Positions 19,053 through 29,059 of a stretch of DNA of 64,000 bases are shown piece after piece. The position numbers were made by a program, and so were the translations under genes. Numbering within the stretch: position 1 is the first letter of the stretch; each line of letters opens with the position of its first letter. Location of the stretch: contig JBAXBA010000006.1 of the NCBI GenBank assembly GCA_037142195.1, forward strand, positions 14,562 through 78,561, in the 5' to 3' direction. The DNA is from Pseudomonadota bacterium. GTDB lineage: Bacteria > Bdellovibrionota_B > Oligoflexia > Oligoflexales > CAIMVM01. The notes under the pieces were generated by a model. That model saw nothing but the letters and a program-made list of their open reading frames with translations. It did no database searches and was not told where the DNA came from.

Positions 19053-20042
19053 TTGAGCGAGAAGCTAAAAACGATGGTTTGGACGAGTTTAAAGTTAGCG
19101 GTCGCTTTTGGGATGATCTTTTGGATGATCAAAAGCGGAAAATTGGATATGGCTTCTCTTAAAGTTTTCATGGACCATCCCTGGGCGCTTTTTGCTTGTT
19201 TTGTTTATTGGCTCTTTTTTGGATTATTGTGTGGATCTACCCGCTGGTTTCTGCTCTTGCGCGGTTTAGGTATCGCGTTGCCCTATTTTCAAGCTATCCG
19301 TCTTTCCTTAATTGGATTGTTTTTTAACTCTGCCATGCCTGGGGCTGTAGGCGGTGATGTCATTAAGGCTATTTATATTTCCAAATCGGCACACCATGGA
19401 CAAAAAGGGGCCACCTTGGTGTCTGTCGTGCTTGATCGAGTGGTAGGGCTTTACGGCCTATTTACCTTTGCTGCCTTTATTTCCATCTTGGCTTGGAGCG
19501 GTTTGTCACAAAATCCCATTTTAAGTCATATGTCCCATATCGTACTTTTTCTATTTGGCGCCATTACTCTCGCTTTTGCTCACGTTCTTTTTCATCCTAA
19601 ACGATTTGATGTTGTCGACAAGGTACTTAGTATTTCTCTTCTTCGTAAATTCAGGGGGCTTTATCATTCTCTTTTGCGGTATAGAGAGGCCAAGTCCTGT
19701 TTATTTTTTGCATGGCTTATTTCCATAGGAATTCAGGGCGCTTCTATATTGTTATATTGGAAAATTGCGGAGCTATTGACGGAGCAAAATATAGGATTTG
19801 TTAAATTTTGTACCGCGGCTCCCCTGGCTATTTTGGCAACGGCTATTCCTCTTGCTCCAGGAGGTCTGGGAGTTGGCCACGTGGCATTTGAGAGAATTTT
19901 AGGATTTATTGGTGTGGATGGAGGCGCCAATATATTTAACGTAGTATTCTTGACTTCCATGGCTTTCAATTTTTCCGGGATCATCCCCTATTTGATGCAA
20001 TCTAAAGTAAAACTTCATGCCGAAGTCAAAACGAATAGATAG
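19053..20042 (+). CDS. Lysylphosphatidylglycerol-synthase-TM / UPF0104 flippase-like membrane protein
   Basis: RW...L, FFNSAMPGAVGGDVIK, VLDRVVGL and PLAPGGLGV motifs, multiple TM helices. Start moved to TTG 19053 (GGGGG RBS). Confidence 0.85.
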   Translation: MSEKLKTMVWTSLKLAVAFGMIFWMIKSGKLDMASLKVFMDHPWALFACFVYWLFFGLLCGSTRWFLLLRGLGIALPYFQAIRLSLIGLFFNSAMPGAVGGDVIKAIYISKSAHHGQKGATLVSVVLDRVVGLYGLFTFAAFISILAWSGLSQNPILSHMSHIVLFLFGAITLAFAHVLFHPKRFDVVDKVLSISLLRKFRGLYHSLLRYREAKSCLFFAWLISIGIQGASILLYWKIAELLTEQNIGFVKFCTAAPLAILATAIPLAPGGLGVGHVAFERILGFIGVDGGANIFNVVFLTSMAFNFSGIIPYLMQSKVKLHAEVKTNR

Positions 20043-20205
20043 TTAAGACGGGACTCCATCACCATTTCATAGCATAGAAAGAGCCACCTCCAGAAGCTCT
20101 TAAGAATGAAATTTAGAATACATGGGCTTTGATTGATTTCTCTTAAGCTTCCTGGCGCTCGTGCCTCCTATGAGAATTCATTTTCGAATAGGCAGTTGGA
20201 AATGG

Positions 20206-20237
20206 AAAAGCCAGGCTAGCATATATACCGGCCTGGC
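20206..20237 (-). terminator. Probable intrinsic terminator after nrdB
   Basis: GCCAGGC...GCCTGGC stem followed on the minus strand by TTTT. Confidence 0.55.
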
Positions 20238-20274
20238 CCTAACGGTATAGGATGGGAGGCAGAGCCTCGCCATT

Positions 20275-21270
20275 TTAGAACTCTTCGTTAAAACTCACGT
20301 CGCCTTCAATTCCTACCTGATAAGCGGAAACGCGTCGTTCGAAAAAGTTTGTTAACTCTTGTACATCCTGAAGTTCCATAAATGAAAATGGATTCTCTGC
20401 ATGATATACGGGGCTAATTCCAAGTGCTATCAATCTTTGGTCTGCACAATGCTCTAGATATTTTCTCATGTCTACCTTTGGCAGGCCAATCACACCAAAC
20501 TGCAAAGCATCTTCAGCAAAAAGCATCTCACATTCAATGGCTTCATCAATCATGGTAACTATGCGTCGTTGTAGATCGAGGTCAAAAAGACTAGGGTCTT
20601 CTTGTCTTGCGGTCCTGATGACTTCAAAAGCAAATTCCATGTGGCATGACTCATCGCGGAATACCCAGTTGGTTCCGGTCGCTAGTCCATGGAGAAGCCC
20701 TTTAGATCTCAAAAAATACACGTAAGCAAATGCGGCGAAGAAAAACAGACCTTCGATGCAACTAGCAAAACAAACCATATTAAGAATAAATTGTTTCTTA
20801 TCGTCCCTGGTTTCAATTTTTTCGAGGCTATTGATGCTATCGATATATTTAAAACAAAAGTCAGCTTTTTGTTTAATGGAAGAGATGTTCTCAACAGCTT
20901 GGAAAGCTTGAGCTCTCTCTTTTTCATCGGGAAGATAGGTGTCTAGCAAAGTCAAATAGAGTTGAACATGTAGGGCTTCCTCATAGATTTGACGGGAAAG
21001 ATACATTCGTGCTTCTGGCGAATTAATGTGCTTGTAAAGATTAAGCACGAGATTATTGGAAACGATAGAATCCCCGGTTGCAAAAAATGCCACAAGACGT
21101 TTTATGAGATGTTGCTCTCCTGGAGAAAGTTTTTCCAAGTCTTTAATGTCATTTGAGAAGTCAACTTCTTCAACGGTCCAAGTGTTTTTAATGGCGTTTC
21201 TATACATATCATAGAATTTGGGGTATTTCATGGGCCTTAGATTTAGATTAAATCCTGGGTCTAGTAGCAT
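20275..21270 (-). CDS. nrdB: Ribonucleoside-diphosphate reductase beta subunit (class Ia)
   Basis: Di-metal ligands ATGDSIV, EEALH, IEG and DESCH; radical-position Tyr (HVQLY); C-terminal NFFERRVSAY. Confidence 0.95.
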   Translation of the reverse strand: MLLDPGFNLNLRPMKYPKFYDMYRNAIKNTWTVEEVDFSNDIKDLEKLSPGEQHLIKRLVAFFATGDSIVSNNLVLNLYKHINSPEARMYLSRQIYEEALHVQLYLTLLDTYLPDEKERAQAFQAVENISSIKQKADFCFKYIDSINSLEKIETRDDKKQFILNMVCFASCIEGLFFFAAFAYVYFLRSKGLLHGLATGTNWVFRDESCHMEFAFEVIRTARQEDPSLFDLDLQRRIVTMIDEAIECEMLFAEDALQFGVIGLPKVDMRKYLEHCADQRLIALGISPVYHAENPFSFMELQDVQELTNFFERRVSAYQVGIEGDVSFNEEF

Positions 21271-21307
21271 TTGGTCTCACTTTCTTTAAAAAAATCATTT
21301 TAGGGTC

Positions 21308-23713
21308 TTATTGACAGGCTTCACATGCTTCTGGGTTTTCTAGGGAACAGCTAATCGCCTGCGCGTCGGTATATCCTGTGGCATTTATTTCTGATTCCGA
21401 AGAGCCAACGGTCGTCTTCGCGATTTTAGTTGCTCCTCGAGATCTTAAATAGTAGGTCGTTTTTAGGCCTTTTTTCCAAGCGTAGGCATACATCGAGGAA
21501 ACTTTTCCGATGGTAGGGCTTTCCATAAACAAGTTTAGGGACTGACTTTGATCGATATAAGCTCCACGTGATGCTGCCATGTCGATTAAAGATTTCATGG
21601 GTAGTTCCCAAACGGTTCTGTATGTCTTTCTAATGACCTCTGGAATTTCTTCAAACCCTTGAATTGAGCCCTCAGCAAGCTTTATTTTTTCTTTCATTTC
21701 TTTAGTCCACAGATTCAATTTTCGAAGCTCGTGTACTAAATAGGTGTTGACTTGAAGAAACTCACCAGACAGGGTTTCACGCTTAAATAAGTTTGAAATT
21801 TGCGGTTCAATGCACTCATAGGAGCCTGTTATGGAAGCTATGGTTGCAGTCGGAGCAATGGCAATTAAAAGACTATTGCGAAGACCATATTTGGTGATGT
21901 CTCCTTTAAGTAAGTCAAATCTTTCCTTAGAGGCTGGGGTAATATCCCAAAAATCAAACTGAAGCTTTCCTTCTGCAGCTCGGGTTTCTGAAAAACTTGG
22001 GTGTGGACCGAATTTTCTAGCGAGCTCATTCGATTCTACGAGAGAGTGATAATAAATTTCTTCTTGAATTCTTGTGGAAAGTTCAAGGGCCTGCTCAGAA
22101 TCAAAGGGTAGTTGCATCTGGAAGAACACATTTTGTAAGCCCATGATACCTAAGCCGACTGGACGCCATCTTGCATTTGAGGTTGCCGCGGAGTTGATGG
22201 GATAGAAATTTATGTCGACAACTCGATCCAGATATCTGACGGCAATTCTGACATTCTTGCCCAGCTTGTCAAATTGGAATTGTCCATTTTCTACATACTT
22301 TGCAAGATTTAAGGAGCCGAGATTACATACCGCGGTCTCGCTGTTATCTGTTACTTCCAGGATTTCAGTGCAGAGATTCGACAGGTGAATTACGTTTTCT
22401 TTTTTTGCGGTTTGATTCGATTTGAGGTTTGAGGCGTCTTTAAAGGTCATCCAGCCATTGCCGGTTTGGGCGAGAGTACGCATCATCTTGCCATAAAGAT
22501 CGCGGGCCTTCATAACCTTCTTTGCAATACCGTTCTTTTCAGCAAGGGAATAAGCTGACTCAAATTCATTGCCGAAGAGATCTACAAGCTCGGGGACATC
22601 ATTGGGATCAAAAAGTGACCAATTTCCATCCTCCTCAACGCGCTTCATAAACAAATCTGGAATCCAATTTGCAATATTGAGATTGTGCGCTCTTAACGCT
22701 TCATCTCCCGTGTTTTCACGAAGGTCAAGGAAATCTATTGTGTCAGCATGCCACGGCTCTAGGTATACGCATGCGGCACCTTTGCGCTTTCCACCTTGGT
22801 TTACCGCCGCTACTGAAGAGTCTAAGGTTTTTAGAAAGGGAATGATTCCATTGGACTTGCCATTTGTGCCCTTGATAAGTGAGCCTCTAGAGCGCACTCT
22901 GGAATAGGCTAGTCCGATGCCTCCCGCAAATTTGGAAAGCATCGCTACATCCATATATTTGGTATAAATGCTTTCTAAACTGTCTTGTGGGGAATCTAAC
23001 AGGTAGCAAGAAGACATTTGAGGGTGAAGGGTCCCAGAATTAAATAAAGTCGGTGTAGAAGGCATATATTCAAAGGAGCTCATCAATTGGTAAAACTCTA
23101 AAACTTCGTTAACATCTTCTGCAAGGCCACAAGCCACACGCATGAAAAAGAATTGAGGCGTTTCAATAACGGTTCTATTTGAGGGATCTTTCAAAAGGTA
23201 TCGGTCGAAAATAGTTCTAAGGCCGAAGTACTCGAATAAATCGCAACGTTCTTCCAAAATGGCTGCATTAAAGATATTAGAGTTTTCTGCCACGAATCTC
23301 GCTGTTTTTTCTGCGATAAGACCAACTTTATAGCCATGCATTACGGAAGCTGAAAATGAGTGAATGCCTAAGGTGCTCACTTCCTTATCTATGTAGTCTG
23401 TCAGCAAGCGGGCGGCAAGTTTTGAGTACTCTGGATCTTCACCAATCATCATAGCAGCTGTTTGCATAAGAAGGCTATCAAGCTCGGTGGTTGTAACCCC
23501 GTCGTAAATGCCGCTAATGGCCTTAGAGGCGATCAGATAAGGATTGATATGACTCAGCCCAGCGCCATAGCGGGCTACTTTTTTCGTGATTTGAATGACA
23601 TCTACAGGCTCCATGGATCCATCGCGCTTCTTTACGCTCATGGTAGGCTCAGCTGTTCCGAATAAAAATGGGTTCTTCGGATTGGATTGGATAGCATCGT
23701 TTGTAATAGTCAT
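21308..23713 (-). CDS. nrdA: Ribonucleoside-diphosphate reductase alpha subunit with N-terminal ATP-cone
   Basis: VKKRDG ATP-cone; TPTLFNSG, SSCYL, SNLCTEI, VCNLGS, APTATIA, TYYLR motifs; C-terminal CEAC. Confidence 0.96.
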   Translation of the reverse strand: MTITNDAIQSNPKNPFLFGTAEPTMSVKKRDGSMEPVDVIQITKKVARYGAGLSHINPYLIASKAISGIYDGVTTTELDSLLMQTAAMMIGEDPEYSKLAARLLTDYIDKEVSTLGIHSFSASVMHGYKVGLIAEKTARFVAENSNIFNAAILEERCDLFEYFGLRTIFDRYLLKDPSNRTVIETPQFFFMRVACGLAEDVNEVLEFYQLMSSFEYMPSTPTLFNSGTLHPQMSSCYLLDSPQDSLESIYTKYMDVAMLSKFAGGIGLAYSRVRSRGSLIKGTNGKSNGIIPFLKTLDSSVAAVNQGGKRKGAACVYLEPWHADTIDFLDLRENTGDEALRAHNLNIANWIPDLFMKRVEEDGNWSLFDPNDVPELVDLFGNEFESAYSLAEKNGIAKKVMKARDLYGKMMRTLAQTGNGWMTFKDASNLKSNQTAKKENVIHLSNLCTEILEVTDNSETAVCNLGSLNLAKYVENGQFQFDKLGKNVRIAVRYLDRVVDINFYPINSAATSNARWRPVGLGIMGLQNVFFQMQLPFDSEQALELSTRIQEEIYYHSLVESNELARKFGPHPSFSETRAAEGKLQFDFWDITPASKERFDLLKGDITKYGLRNSLLIAIAPTATIASITGSYECIEPQISNLFKRETLSGEFLQVNTYLVHELRKLNLWTKEMKEKIKLAEGSIQGFEEIPEVIRKTYRTVWELPMKSLIDMAASRGAYIDQSQSLNLFMESPTIGKVSSMYAYAWKKGLKTTYYLRSRGATKIAKTTVGSSESEINATGYTDAQAISCSLENPEACEACQ

Positions 23714-23806
23714 TTTAAGTCTCCATTTAGGAACACATATCGCCTTTTGGCTATTTCCAGTCGCCAGGTGGAAGCAATCAAGGTCTGTATGTGTGTGTTA
23801 CATCTG

Positions 23807-23854
23807 AAAGCATATCTAGTGTCTATCCAGGCGGTCAACCACTAAATGTAGTGT
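23807..23854. promoter_or_regulatory. Tandem NrdR boxes upstream of nrdAB
   Basis: 16-mers AAAGCATATCTAGTGT (23807) and CCACTAAATGTAGTGT (23839) match the consensus acaCwAtATaTwGtgt; starts are 32 bp apart, the typical NrdR-box spacing. Confidence 0.85.
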
Positions 23855-24074
23855 TTTTTAAAGTGCATGCGCCCCAGTGCCTTGGTCGAAGAAAATTTTT
23901 CAATCCTATGAATATCAAGTACTTCAGCCTGGTCATAACGTGAGCTGCTTGATTTTCAACATGAACAAGCAGGCGACTCTAGTTTTTGGCGCAAGAATCT
24001 GCTCTACTAGCTAGCAGTGACGGCTGTATTTGCACAGTAAATAGCTAACTAGATGATTAGTAAAAAGGCTCCTT

Positions 24075-24845
24075 ATGAATCAAAAAAGTAAAATATTTCA
24101 TTTGACACTTGGCGATCATGGCCCCTGGGTGACTCTTATCAATGGCCATGCTCGCACACATAGAGATTTTAGAAATCTGTCCCAACAGCTGATTAACCAT
24201 GGCTTTCGAGTGCTACTTCTAGACAATCGAGGAAGCGGTGATTCTACAGTAGAAGAACCATTTGAAATGACAGATATGGTGCAAGATGTAGTCGATTTAT
24301 GGACACAACTTGAAATTACATCGAGCTATGTTTTAGGAATATCTATGGGGGGTATGATCGCCCTTTCTCTCGCGACAAGCTCCAATATACCAAAAGCTTT
24401 GATATTGGTTTCCACCGCAGCGAGCTTAGAGTTCTATCGCGCAAATATCTCAGAGTGGGCTACAGATCAGCAAGGCGTAATATCTCAATTGAAACCTTAT
24501 TTTGATCTTAATTTTTTTGAATCGAATAAACTTCTTGTAGCAGCGATGGCAAAGCAGCTTGTTCAGTCCCATCAGGCGGACCATAGTCAAAATACCCTGC
24601 AAAGGGCCGCCATTAAAAGATTTCAATTGGAAGATGACAAGATTGCAGGGATTCAAATTCCAACTTTGGTGATCCATGGGGAGGAGGATCAAATTATTTC
24701 TTCCAAGGCTGCAGATCATATCCAAGAAAAGATTAAAGGGTCTGTCAATCTTAGATACCAACAAACGGGCCATCTCATTTTGGCTGAGAGACCCACTCGG
24801 TTCTACGAAGATGTTATAAAATTTCTTAAATCCCAGAATGGATAA
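24075..24845 (+). CDS. Alpha/beta-fold hydrolase
   Basis: DNRGSGDS, nucleophile elbow GISMGG, PTLVIHGEEDQI (Asp) and TGHL (His). Confidence 0.9.
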   Translation: MNQKSKIFHLTLGDHGPWVTLINGHARTHRDFRNLSQQLINHGFRVLLLDNRGSGDSTVEEPFEMTDMVQDVVDLWTQLEITSSYVLGISMGGMIALSLATSSNIPKALILVSTAASLEFYRANISEWATDQQGVISQLKPYFDLNFFESNKLLVAAMAKQLVQSHQADHSQNTLQRAAIKRFQLEDDKIAGIQIPTLVIHGEEDQIISSKAADHIQEKIKGSVNLRYQQTGHLILAERPTRFYEDVIKFLKSQNG

Positions 24846-25428
24846 ATTTTTTAACGAGTTCCACTTCGCTACGGGCCATGCCCAAACGCTTTGATACAGC
24901 GTCTACGGTGTTTCCTGAGCTTAAAAGCACTCTTGCATCCTCATACTTCTTATCTTGAATATCGTCTAAGGCGCCTTGATAACTCTCTTTTTTCCCAAAA
25001 AATTTTGTGAGATCCTCAGCTCTGGCCACTGCGCGCTCAATAGACTCTCTTTCCGATTTAATTTTCTTGTATTGGAGATCTAGAGCGCCTTGGCGTTGAG
25101 CCAATTCTTTAAGGGGGCCATCAAAACGAACAGAAATCTGCCTAGAAATATCCTCTACGGAACTTTGCATTCCCACATTGATCTTGGATACTTCCTGCTC
25201 AGCTTCGGCGGCCAAATGGCTAAAGCGATTAAAGAGTTCTTTTTGGCGTGTTTCAGCCGATTGAATCTCTGATCGCATTCTGTCGTGCATATCTTTTAAA
25301 AGAAATCTTTCTTCAGTTAGATCAGAAATCGTGGCTTCATGGGCGTTTTGCCGCCGCGTCAACCGAAGAATCACAACGAGTAAGGCAATGTCAGCAAAAA
25401 TGAGAGCTATAACAGGCAAGTTGCTCAC
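24826..25428 (-). CDS. Membrane-anchored coiled-coil protein with C-terminal HTH-like end (DUF2802-like), last gene of the flagellar operon
   Basis: N-terminal TM helix, heptad-rich middle, C-terminal ARVLLSSGNTVDAVSKRLGMARSEVELV. Confidence 0.6.
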   Translation of the reverse strand: MSNLPVIALIFADIALLVVILRLTRRQNAHEATISDLTEERFLLKDMHDRMRSEIQSAETRQKELFNRFSHLAAEAEQEVSKINVGMQSSVEDISRQISVRFDGPLKELAQRQGALDLQYKKIKSERESIERAVARAEDLTKFFGKKESYQGALDDIQDKKYEDARVLLSSGNTVDAVSKRLGMARSEVELVKKFIHSGI

Positions 25429-25838
25429 TTACCCTCCTGTAGAAAGTCTCGCAGTACTTTCTCATCAACTTGGTCGATATTGACAGTTTGAACGGTTACA
25501 ACCTTCTTTCGACCTCTTTTTCCGATGTCCTCTGTCTTTACGACCCGGGCCAAAACCTTAAAAGTATCAGGAGCGTTAATTCTGGTATAGTCGACAAATT
25601 GCTGTTTTCGAGACCAATAGTTGGGGAGCTTCACTTCAATTTTGAGCAAGGTGCCTTCGCCATAATCGGCAGGCGCTTGAAATTCCAAACCATGTGGACT
25701 AATGAAGGAGGTTTGAATTTTGTCATTATTGGGCGCAGCATTATCTTCAATATTATAGGGACTAACCTGAATTGCTACTTTGCGATTTGAAGATGGAAAT
25801 TGGGTGATGAGATCCAAATTGAATTCAGTCTTTGACAT
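25425..25838 (-). CDS. PilZ-like domain protein (degenerate)
   Basis: ISPHGLEF, GTLLKIEVKLP, ARVVK and terminal helix DEKVLRDFL follow the PilZ pattern; located after cheY. Confidence 0.55.
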   Translation of the reverse strand: MSKTEFNLDLITQFPSSNRKVAIQVSPYNIEDNAAPNNDKIQTSFISPHGLEFQAPADYGEGTLLKIEVKLPNYWSRKQQFVDYTRINAPDTFKVLARVVKTEDIGKRGRKKVVTVQTVNIDQVDEKVLRDFLQEGK

Positions 25839-25862
25839 ATTCGTGACTCCCTCTTTTTCAAG

Positions 25863-26273
25863 TTAAGCTGGTTTTTTAGCTGCCAGATTTTGGAAGACTT
25901 TCGCCATTTTTTCTTTAAGGGTGGCAGCAGTAAATGGCTTCACCACATAGTTACTGACCCCACTCTTTACAGCTTCAATAATATTTTCTTTTTCAGCTTC
26001 TGCGGTTACCATTAAGAAAGGCAAATGCTTAAATTTTTCATCAGCTCTAACGGTCTTAAGAAGCTCAAGACCTGTCATATTGGGCATATTCCAATCCGAA
26101 ACTATAAATTCAATATCGGGAGTTGCTTTTAGCATTTTGTAAGCCAATTCTCCATCTTCAGCCTCAATGATATTGGTATACCCAAGTTGACGAAGAAGCG
26201 TTTTTACAATTCTTCTCATGGTGGGAAAGTCGTCAACTACAAGAATCTTCATATCTGGTTTTCCAAGCGCCAT
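25863..26273 (-). CDS. cheY: Chemotaxis response regulator CheY
   Basis: [30 protein letters not shown] and YVVKPFT. Confidence 0.93.
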   Translation of the reverse strand: MALGKPDMKILVVDDFPTMRRIVKTLLRQLGYTNIIEAEDGELAYKMLKATPDIEFIVSDWNMPNMTGLELLKTVRADEKFKHLPFLMVTAEAEKENIIEAVKSGVSNYVVKPFTAATLKEKMAKVFQNLAAKKPA

Positions 26274-26287
26274 TTTTTACCCCTTTA

Positions 26288-27052
26288 TTATTCTTCTGAA
26301 ATTAAATTTTTAAGTCTAGATCTTAGTTTCTCTACGGCCTGCGTGTGTAATTGACTTACACGAGATTCAGTAACGTCCAAAATACGTCCTATTTCTTTGA
26401 GGTTTAGATCCTCAAAGTAATACAGTGAAAGAACTAGCCTTTGCTTTTCTGGCAAATCGCCAATTTTTTTCTTGAGATCCTCTTCAATCCCTTTGCTTTT
26501 TAAGTGTTGGTAGGGATTCTTTATATTTGGATTCTCAAGGACTTCTAAAAGGCTCTTTTTGTCCGGTTGGGTCGGGGAAGACAACTCGTCGACAGACAAC
26601 AGTTGTACGCCCTTAACTTTAGAAACAATGTCATAATAGTCGTCTAGTCTTATTCCCATAGCATCTGAAAGTTCCGAATCTGAGACTGAACGCCCATAGC
26701 GTTGTTCCAGCTCTTGATTGGTGCGTTCCATTTTTTTTGCTTTGTCACGCACAGAACGTGGCACCCAATCTTGGGACCGGAGCTCGTCTAGAATAGCCCC
26801 CCTGATCCGAAACTCCGCGTAGGTCTTGAATTTATTGTCACGGCTCGGATCATATTTTTCAATAGCATCCATGAGACCAATTACACCGGCGCTAATTAAA
26901 TCGTCGATTTCAATGTTTGAAGGCAGTCGCGAGGAGATCCTTTGGGCGACGTAGCGAATAAGTGGCGCATAGTCCATGATCAATTGATCGCGTAGCTTTC
27001 CATCGACACCGCTAGTGTCTTGCTTGTATCGTTTTATTAAACCCTTACTCAT
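26288..27052 (-). CDS. fliA: RNA polymerase sigma-28 factor (FliA/WhiG)
   Basis: DLISAGVIGL, FRIRGAILDELRSQDWVPRS and LKEIGRILDVTESRVSQLH. Confidence 0.96.
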   Translation of the reverse strand: MSKGLIKRYKQDTSGVDGKLRDQLIMDYAPLIRYVAQRISSRLPSNIEIDDLISAGVIGLMDAIEKYDPSRDNKFKTYAEFRIRGAILDELRSQDWVPRSVRDKAKKMERTNQELEQRYGRSVSDSELSDAMGIRLDDYYDIVSKVKGVQLLSVDELSSPTQPDKKSLLEVLENPNIKNPYQHLKSKGIEEDLKKKIGDLPEKQRLVLSLYYFEDLNLKEIGRILDVTESRVSQLHTQAVEKLRSRLKNLISEE

Positions 27053-27067
27053 CTATTGGCTCCGAGT

Positions 27068-27862
27068 CTAATATTCCAGGCCTAAGCCCAGAGATGGTTG
27101 TTGAAACCGAATATTGGGTTCGGCAGTGAACTCAGAAAGCTTGTGAGATATCTTTGCCCAGGCACACCCAGCAAGTGTCTGAAAGGAAAACGACGCTTCA
27201 CTAGTTCTTCGTCGAAGCAGCGCCGAAACTTGGGGGTCTGAGGGCACGCTGCCCAAATAGTTTGGTCTGAAACCTAGAAATGTTTCACTGACATCAGCGA
27301 TTCGAGAAAAAGCCTTTTCTCCCTCTTCCGAGGTCCGCACCTGATTTACTAAAATGGATATATTTGTTTCGCGGCTAGACTCACTGAGAATTTTAATTAG
27401 GGCATAGGCATCAGTCATGGCATGAGTTTCAGGAGTAGTGACGACTATGCTTTGGTCGGAAACTTCATTCATCTCTATTACCGTTGGTGAGATGCCGGCT
27501 CCCGCATCAATAATGGTGACATCAAAGTGGCAAGCTAGAGATTTGATATAAGACATAAACATTAATTTATCTGTTTCTCTCATTTGTGAAAGTTGTGATA
27601 TTCCACTACCGCCGTGCAATATTTTGATGCCTAATGGTCCTTCTTCTAAAGCCTCAAACGGATCTACCGTTCCATTAAAGACATCTAATATATTGTAGCG
27701 GGGCTTAATTCCCATCACAACATCGACATTAGAAAGACCTACGTCACCATCCACAATTAATACACTTTTTCCGGATTTTTTGAGAGAAAGAGCAAAATAC
27801 ACAGATGATAAAGTTTTGCCTACTCCACCCTTACCACTCGATATACAATAAATTGATGACAC
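27068..27862 (-). CDS. flhG: MinD-like flagellar number regulator FlhG/FleN
   Basis: SGKGGVGKT deviant Walker A, DAGAGI, TTPE...TDAYALIK; lies between flhF and fliA. Confidence 0.9.
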   Translation of the reverse strand: MSSIYCISSGKGGVGKTLSSVYFALSLKKSGKSVLIVDGDVGLSNVDVVMGIKPRYNILDVFNGTVDPFEALEEGPLGIKILHGGSGISQLSQMRETDKLMFMSYIKSLACHFDVTIIDAGAGISPTVIEMNEVSDQSIVVTTPETHAMTDAYALIKILSESSRETNISILVNQVRTSEEGEKAFSRIADVSETFLGFRPNYLGSVPSDPQVSALLRRRTSEASFSFQTLAGCAWAKISHKLSEFTAEPNIRFQQPSLGLGLEY

Positions 27863-27878
27863 CTATGACTCCTGGATA

Positions 27879-29042
27879 TTAAAGTGAAAATATACGTTCA
27901 ATGACTCGCTCACGACTGGCACGCTCGATCGAACCAGGCACATTTTGCCCAGTGGAAAAGAAGCTCAATGGTAGTGACCATTTTTGAGATATGTTGTAGA
28001 CATCTCCGTAGGTCCAGCATTCATCCATTCTAGAAAATATCAAAGATGCCAAACCAATAGCGCTGAAACTTCGAACCGATCGATCAAGTTGAATTTGTTT
28101 TTCGGTGAGTGGTAGCACCAAGTGGACATCTACAGGAAATCCCATTCTAGCGAATTCCTTGAAGTCAGATATCTGAGTTTCATTACGTGGATTGACGCCA
28201 GCAGTGTCGACTAATACAAGCTGAGCATCTCTATGATCCAAGACGACTTTTTTGAGCTCTGAAAGACCATCAATGGATGCGTAGCCTACTCCAAGAAGCT
28301 TGGCCATGAGGCGCAAGTGGTCTCCAGCGCCGACTTTATGGTTATCTGCACTCACTAGAAGCACTTGGGCATCGCTCTCCTTTTTGGCCATGGCGGCCAG
28401 CTTAGCAATGGCTGTGGACTTTCCGGAGCCTGAGTTTCCTACAAACGCATGAACGCAAGTCGAACCCTGTGAAATTGACCATTTTGGAGCAACTTTGATT
28501 CTTTTAAGCATCCAGAGAATGGCGTTTGATCGATAGAAATCTAGACGCTCTGGAGCTGTCTTTAATGACTTCATTTCATCTTTGGGAAGAGAATTTAGAA
28601 AGTTAATCAGTGCTCCACAATGAGTCTCTTCCACGCCCATTACAGATAGTTGGTGGTAGATGCTGGCAAGATCTTCCGATAGGTTCTCCAGCACGCCACC
28701 ATCTTTCTTTCTTAGGGCTTCAAGGAGCAACATTTTAACCTCTGACAGTCCACTCTCAAGGCGATGAAGATCATCATGGGTAGGAACCTTTTCAATGAGG
28801 CCATTGAGACGCGTCTCTAGGAGGGTCACATGGCTTCTCAACGCATCGTTTTTGTTCCCTTCATGGCTTGCAGTTTCGATTTTGGCACTAGAAGATGTTG
28901 CGCGAACCTCAAAGATTTTGCTTCGACCTCCCTCGATGGGCCGTTCTTTGGTCGTTAATATGACAGCGTCTTTTCCAAGCTCTTTTTTTACCGCTTTCAT
29001 AGCGTCTGACATGGTAACACCTTCAAACTTTCTGACTTCCAT
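27879..29042 (-). CDS. flhF: SRP-family GTPase FlhF
   Basis: N-terminal AMKAVKKELGKDAVIL, P-loop GNSGSGKST, DTAG, GQNVP; follows flhA. Confidence 0.9.
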   Translation of the reverse strand: MEVRKFEGVTMSDAMKAVKKELGKDAVILTTKERPIEGGRSKIFEVRATSSSAKIETASHEGNKNDALRSHVTLLETRLNGLIEKVPTHDDLHRLESGLSEVKMLLLEALRKKDGGVLENLSEDLASIYHQLSVMGVEETHCGALINFLNSLPKDEMKSLKTAPERLDFYRSNAILWMLKRIKVAPKWSISQGSTCVHAFVGNSGSGKSTAIAKLAAMAKKESDAQVLLVSADNHKVGAGDHLRLMAKLLGVGYASIDGLSELKKVVLDHRDAQLVLVDTAGVNPRNETQISDFKEFARMGFPVDVHLVLPLTEKQIQLDRSVRSFSAIGLASLIFSRMDECWTYGDVYNISQKWSLPLSFFSTGQNVPGSIERASRERVIERIFSL

Positions 29043-29059
29043 TAGGATCTCCCTTGCTG

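Noticed and set aside
23987..24002. sigma54 promoter TGGCGC...TGC upstream of the hydrolase
   Set aside because: GG-to-GC spacing is 11 nt rather than the required 10.
23714..24074. Cobalamin riboswitch upstream of nrdAB
   Set aside because: No B12-box or conserved core recognisable by eye; NrdR boxes explain the region. An Infernal scan would settle it.
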